DNA from: Azolla caroliniana
Taxonomy: Eukaryota; Plantae; Polypodiophyta
Length of the DNA stretch: 64,000 bases
NCBI GenBank assembly: GCA_043228905.1
Contig: JBHGNT010000005.1
Location: 3,782,001 to 3,846,000 of the forward strand
Direction: 5' to 3'
Numbering within the stretch: the first letter of the stretch is position 1; each line of letters starts with the position of its first letter. Positions 62,881 through 64,000 of this stretch are shown piece by piece. The translations under genes were made by a program, and so were the position numbers. The notes below the pieces were generated by a model that worked only from the letters and a program-made list of their open reading frames with translations, searched no databases and had not been told where the DNA came from.

Positions 62881-64000
62881 CTATTACCCTAACAATCAAA
62901 ATGTATTGGAATATTATATAAGTAGCCGCTTCAATCTCATCGTATGATGTATCCTCTCACTCATTCTCTGTCTCTTTTGTAAAAGCACACAATTATATAA
63001 TTGTATGAAAAATACACTTGTTACAACTTATTAGTCTCCTCTGCCTTACCTATCCTATGTAGAGAGTAGAGGCGTCTTGTAAAGAAACTTGAGGAAATGA
63101 TCCCCACATGCCTTTCAACTTCTTCATATAGGCTTTCACCCCATGTCTACTATCAAACATGATCGAACAACTAACTCAAAGGCCCAACATATCTCTATGT
63201 TCTCTGTCATTTCCCAAATTCCCCTTAATGTTGTTTCTTAGTTCCTCTTGAGCAATTATGCGTGATATTTCATCACTAACTCTCTTGAGGATTGATCCAA
63301 TTCATTTGCTGACTATATGAAATAATCGGGAATTGTCATTGTTTTTACCTTAACTATACTTGTCTATATTCACATTTATGAGCAGAGTTTGAAGCATAAG
63401 AAAGAGCATAACAGTCTAGCTTATATGTGTTATGTGAATTTAAGGTTTGAAGCACAAGAAATGTAGCTGAATGTTCAATTAATGAGTTCCATATACGTAG
63501 GATCCTAAGCATACTTTGATATTACCCAATACCTAATACAAGGCACCATACCAATTACAAAGTTCAAGGTAAAATGGTGCTTTTGTCCTCATAAGTTGAT
63601 GTTGATCCTTGGGCATCATCATATGCTACATTGTCGGAATTAACCTTAATATGACCCAAGGATCATCCTAAGAGTTTGGATGATATCCACAAGGATGTGG
63701 CACATAGTCATTTCACTATTGATCAACCACTAATGACTTTGCAAAGGTATTGTGTGAATTTTTGGGTGCCTTTCCTCATTTTCCTTGGGCATTAAAGCAT
63801 CATAATAGAAACTTTAGTTCATTGTTTATTTAGCGAAAAAAGTTATTGGAATTGTTATTTACATTAAACCTTGACAAATAAATTAGAAGGTTTCCTCCGC
63901 ACTATGTTATCATTGATTCAATTGACATTATTGTCAAATCAATTTCGTAAACCATTGCTTGACTCATAGTTTGATTTAGGGAGATTACCAAAATATATGA

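Overview
Eukaryotic nuclear DNA from a land plant, probably a fern or other seed-free plant (inferred from the PLS-PPR gene, the 5.8S sequence and the LINE type; not provable here). Six genes can be reconstructed by hand: CIA1 WD40 Fe-S assembly factor (-, 7 exons, runs off the left edge); ALG6 glucosyltransferase (+, 7 exons, 499 aa); an AtLYK3-like LysM receptor kinase (+, 11 exons, 671 aa); an intronless PHT1 phosphate transporter (-) broken only by one in-frame TAG at a conserved Gln; a PLS-E PPR protein (-); and a spliceosomal SmF gene (-, 87 aa, 5 small coding exons) that the ORF track misses. Mobile DNA includes an intact full-length L1-type LINE with a 15-bp TSD and 5' monomer repeats, several truncated LINEs, and hAT-type MITEs. 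The most unusual features are three. First, an orphan ITS1-5.8S-ITS2 rDNA fragment is split inside 5.8S by a 1.4-kb TG..CA solo-LTR-like element with a 4-bp TSD, which itself carries a 246-bp copy of nearby DNA. Second, three diverged LINE families share a 3' stem-loop/U-tract/GG/poly(A) terminus. Third, the stop-interrupted PHT1 still has P1BS promoter sites. I cannot demonstrate a wholly new biological system from sequence alone.
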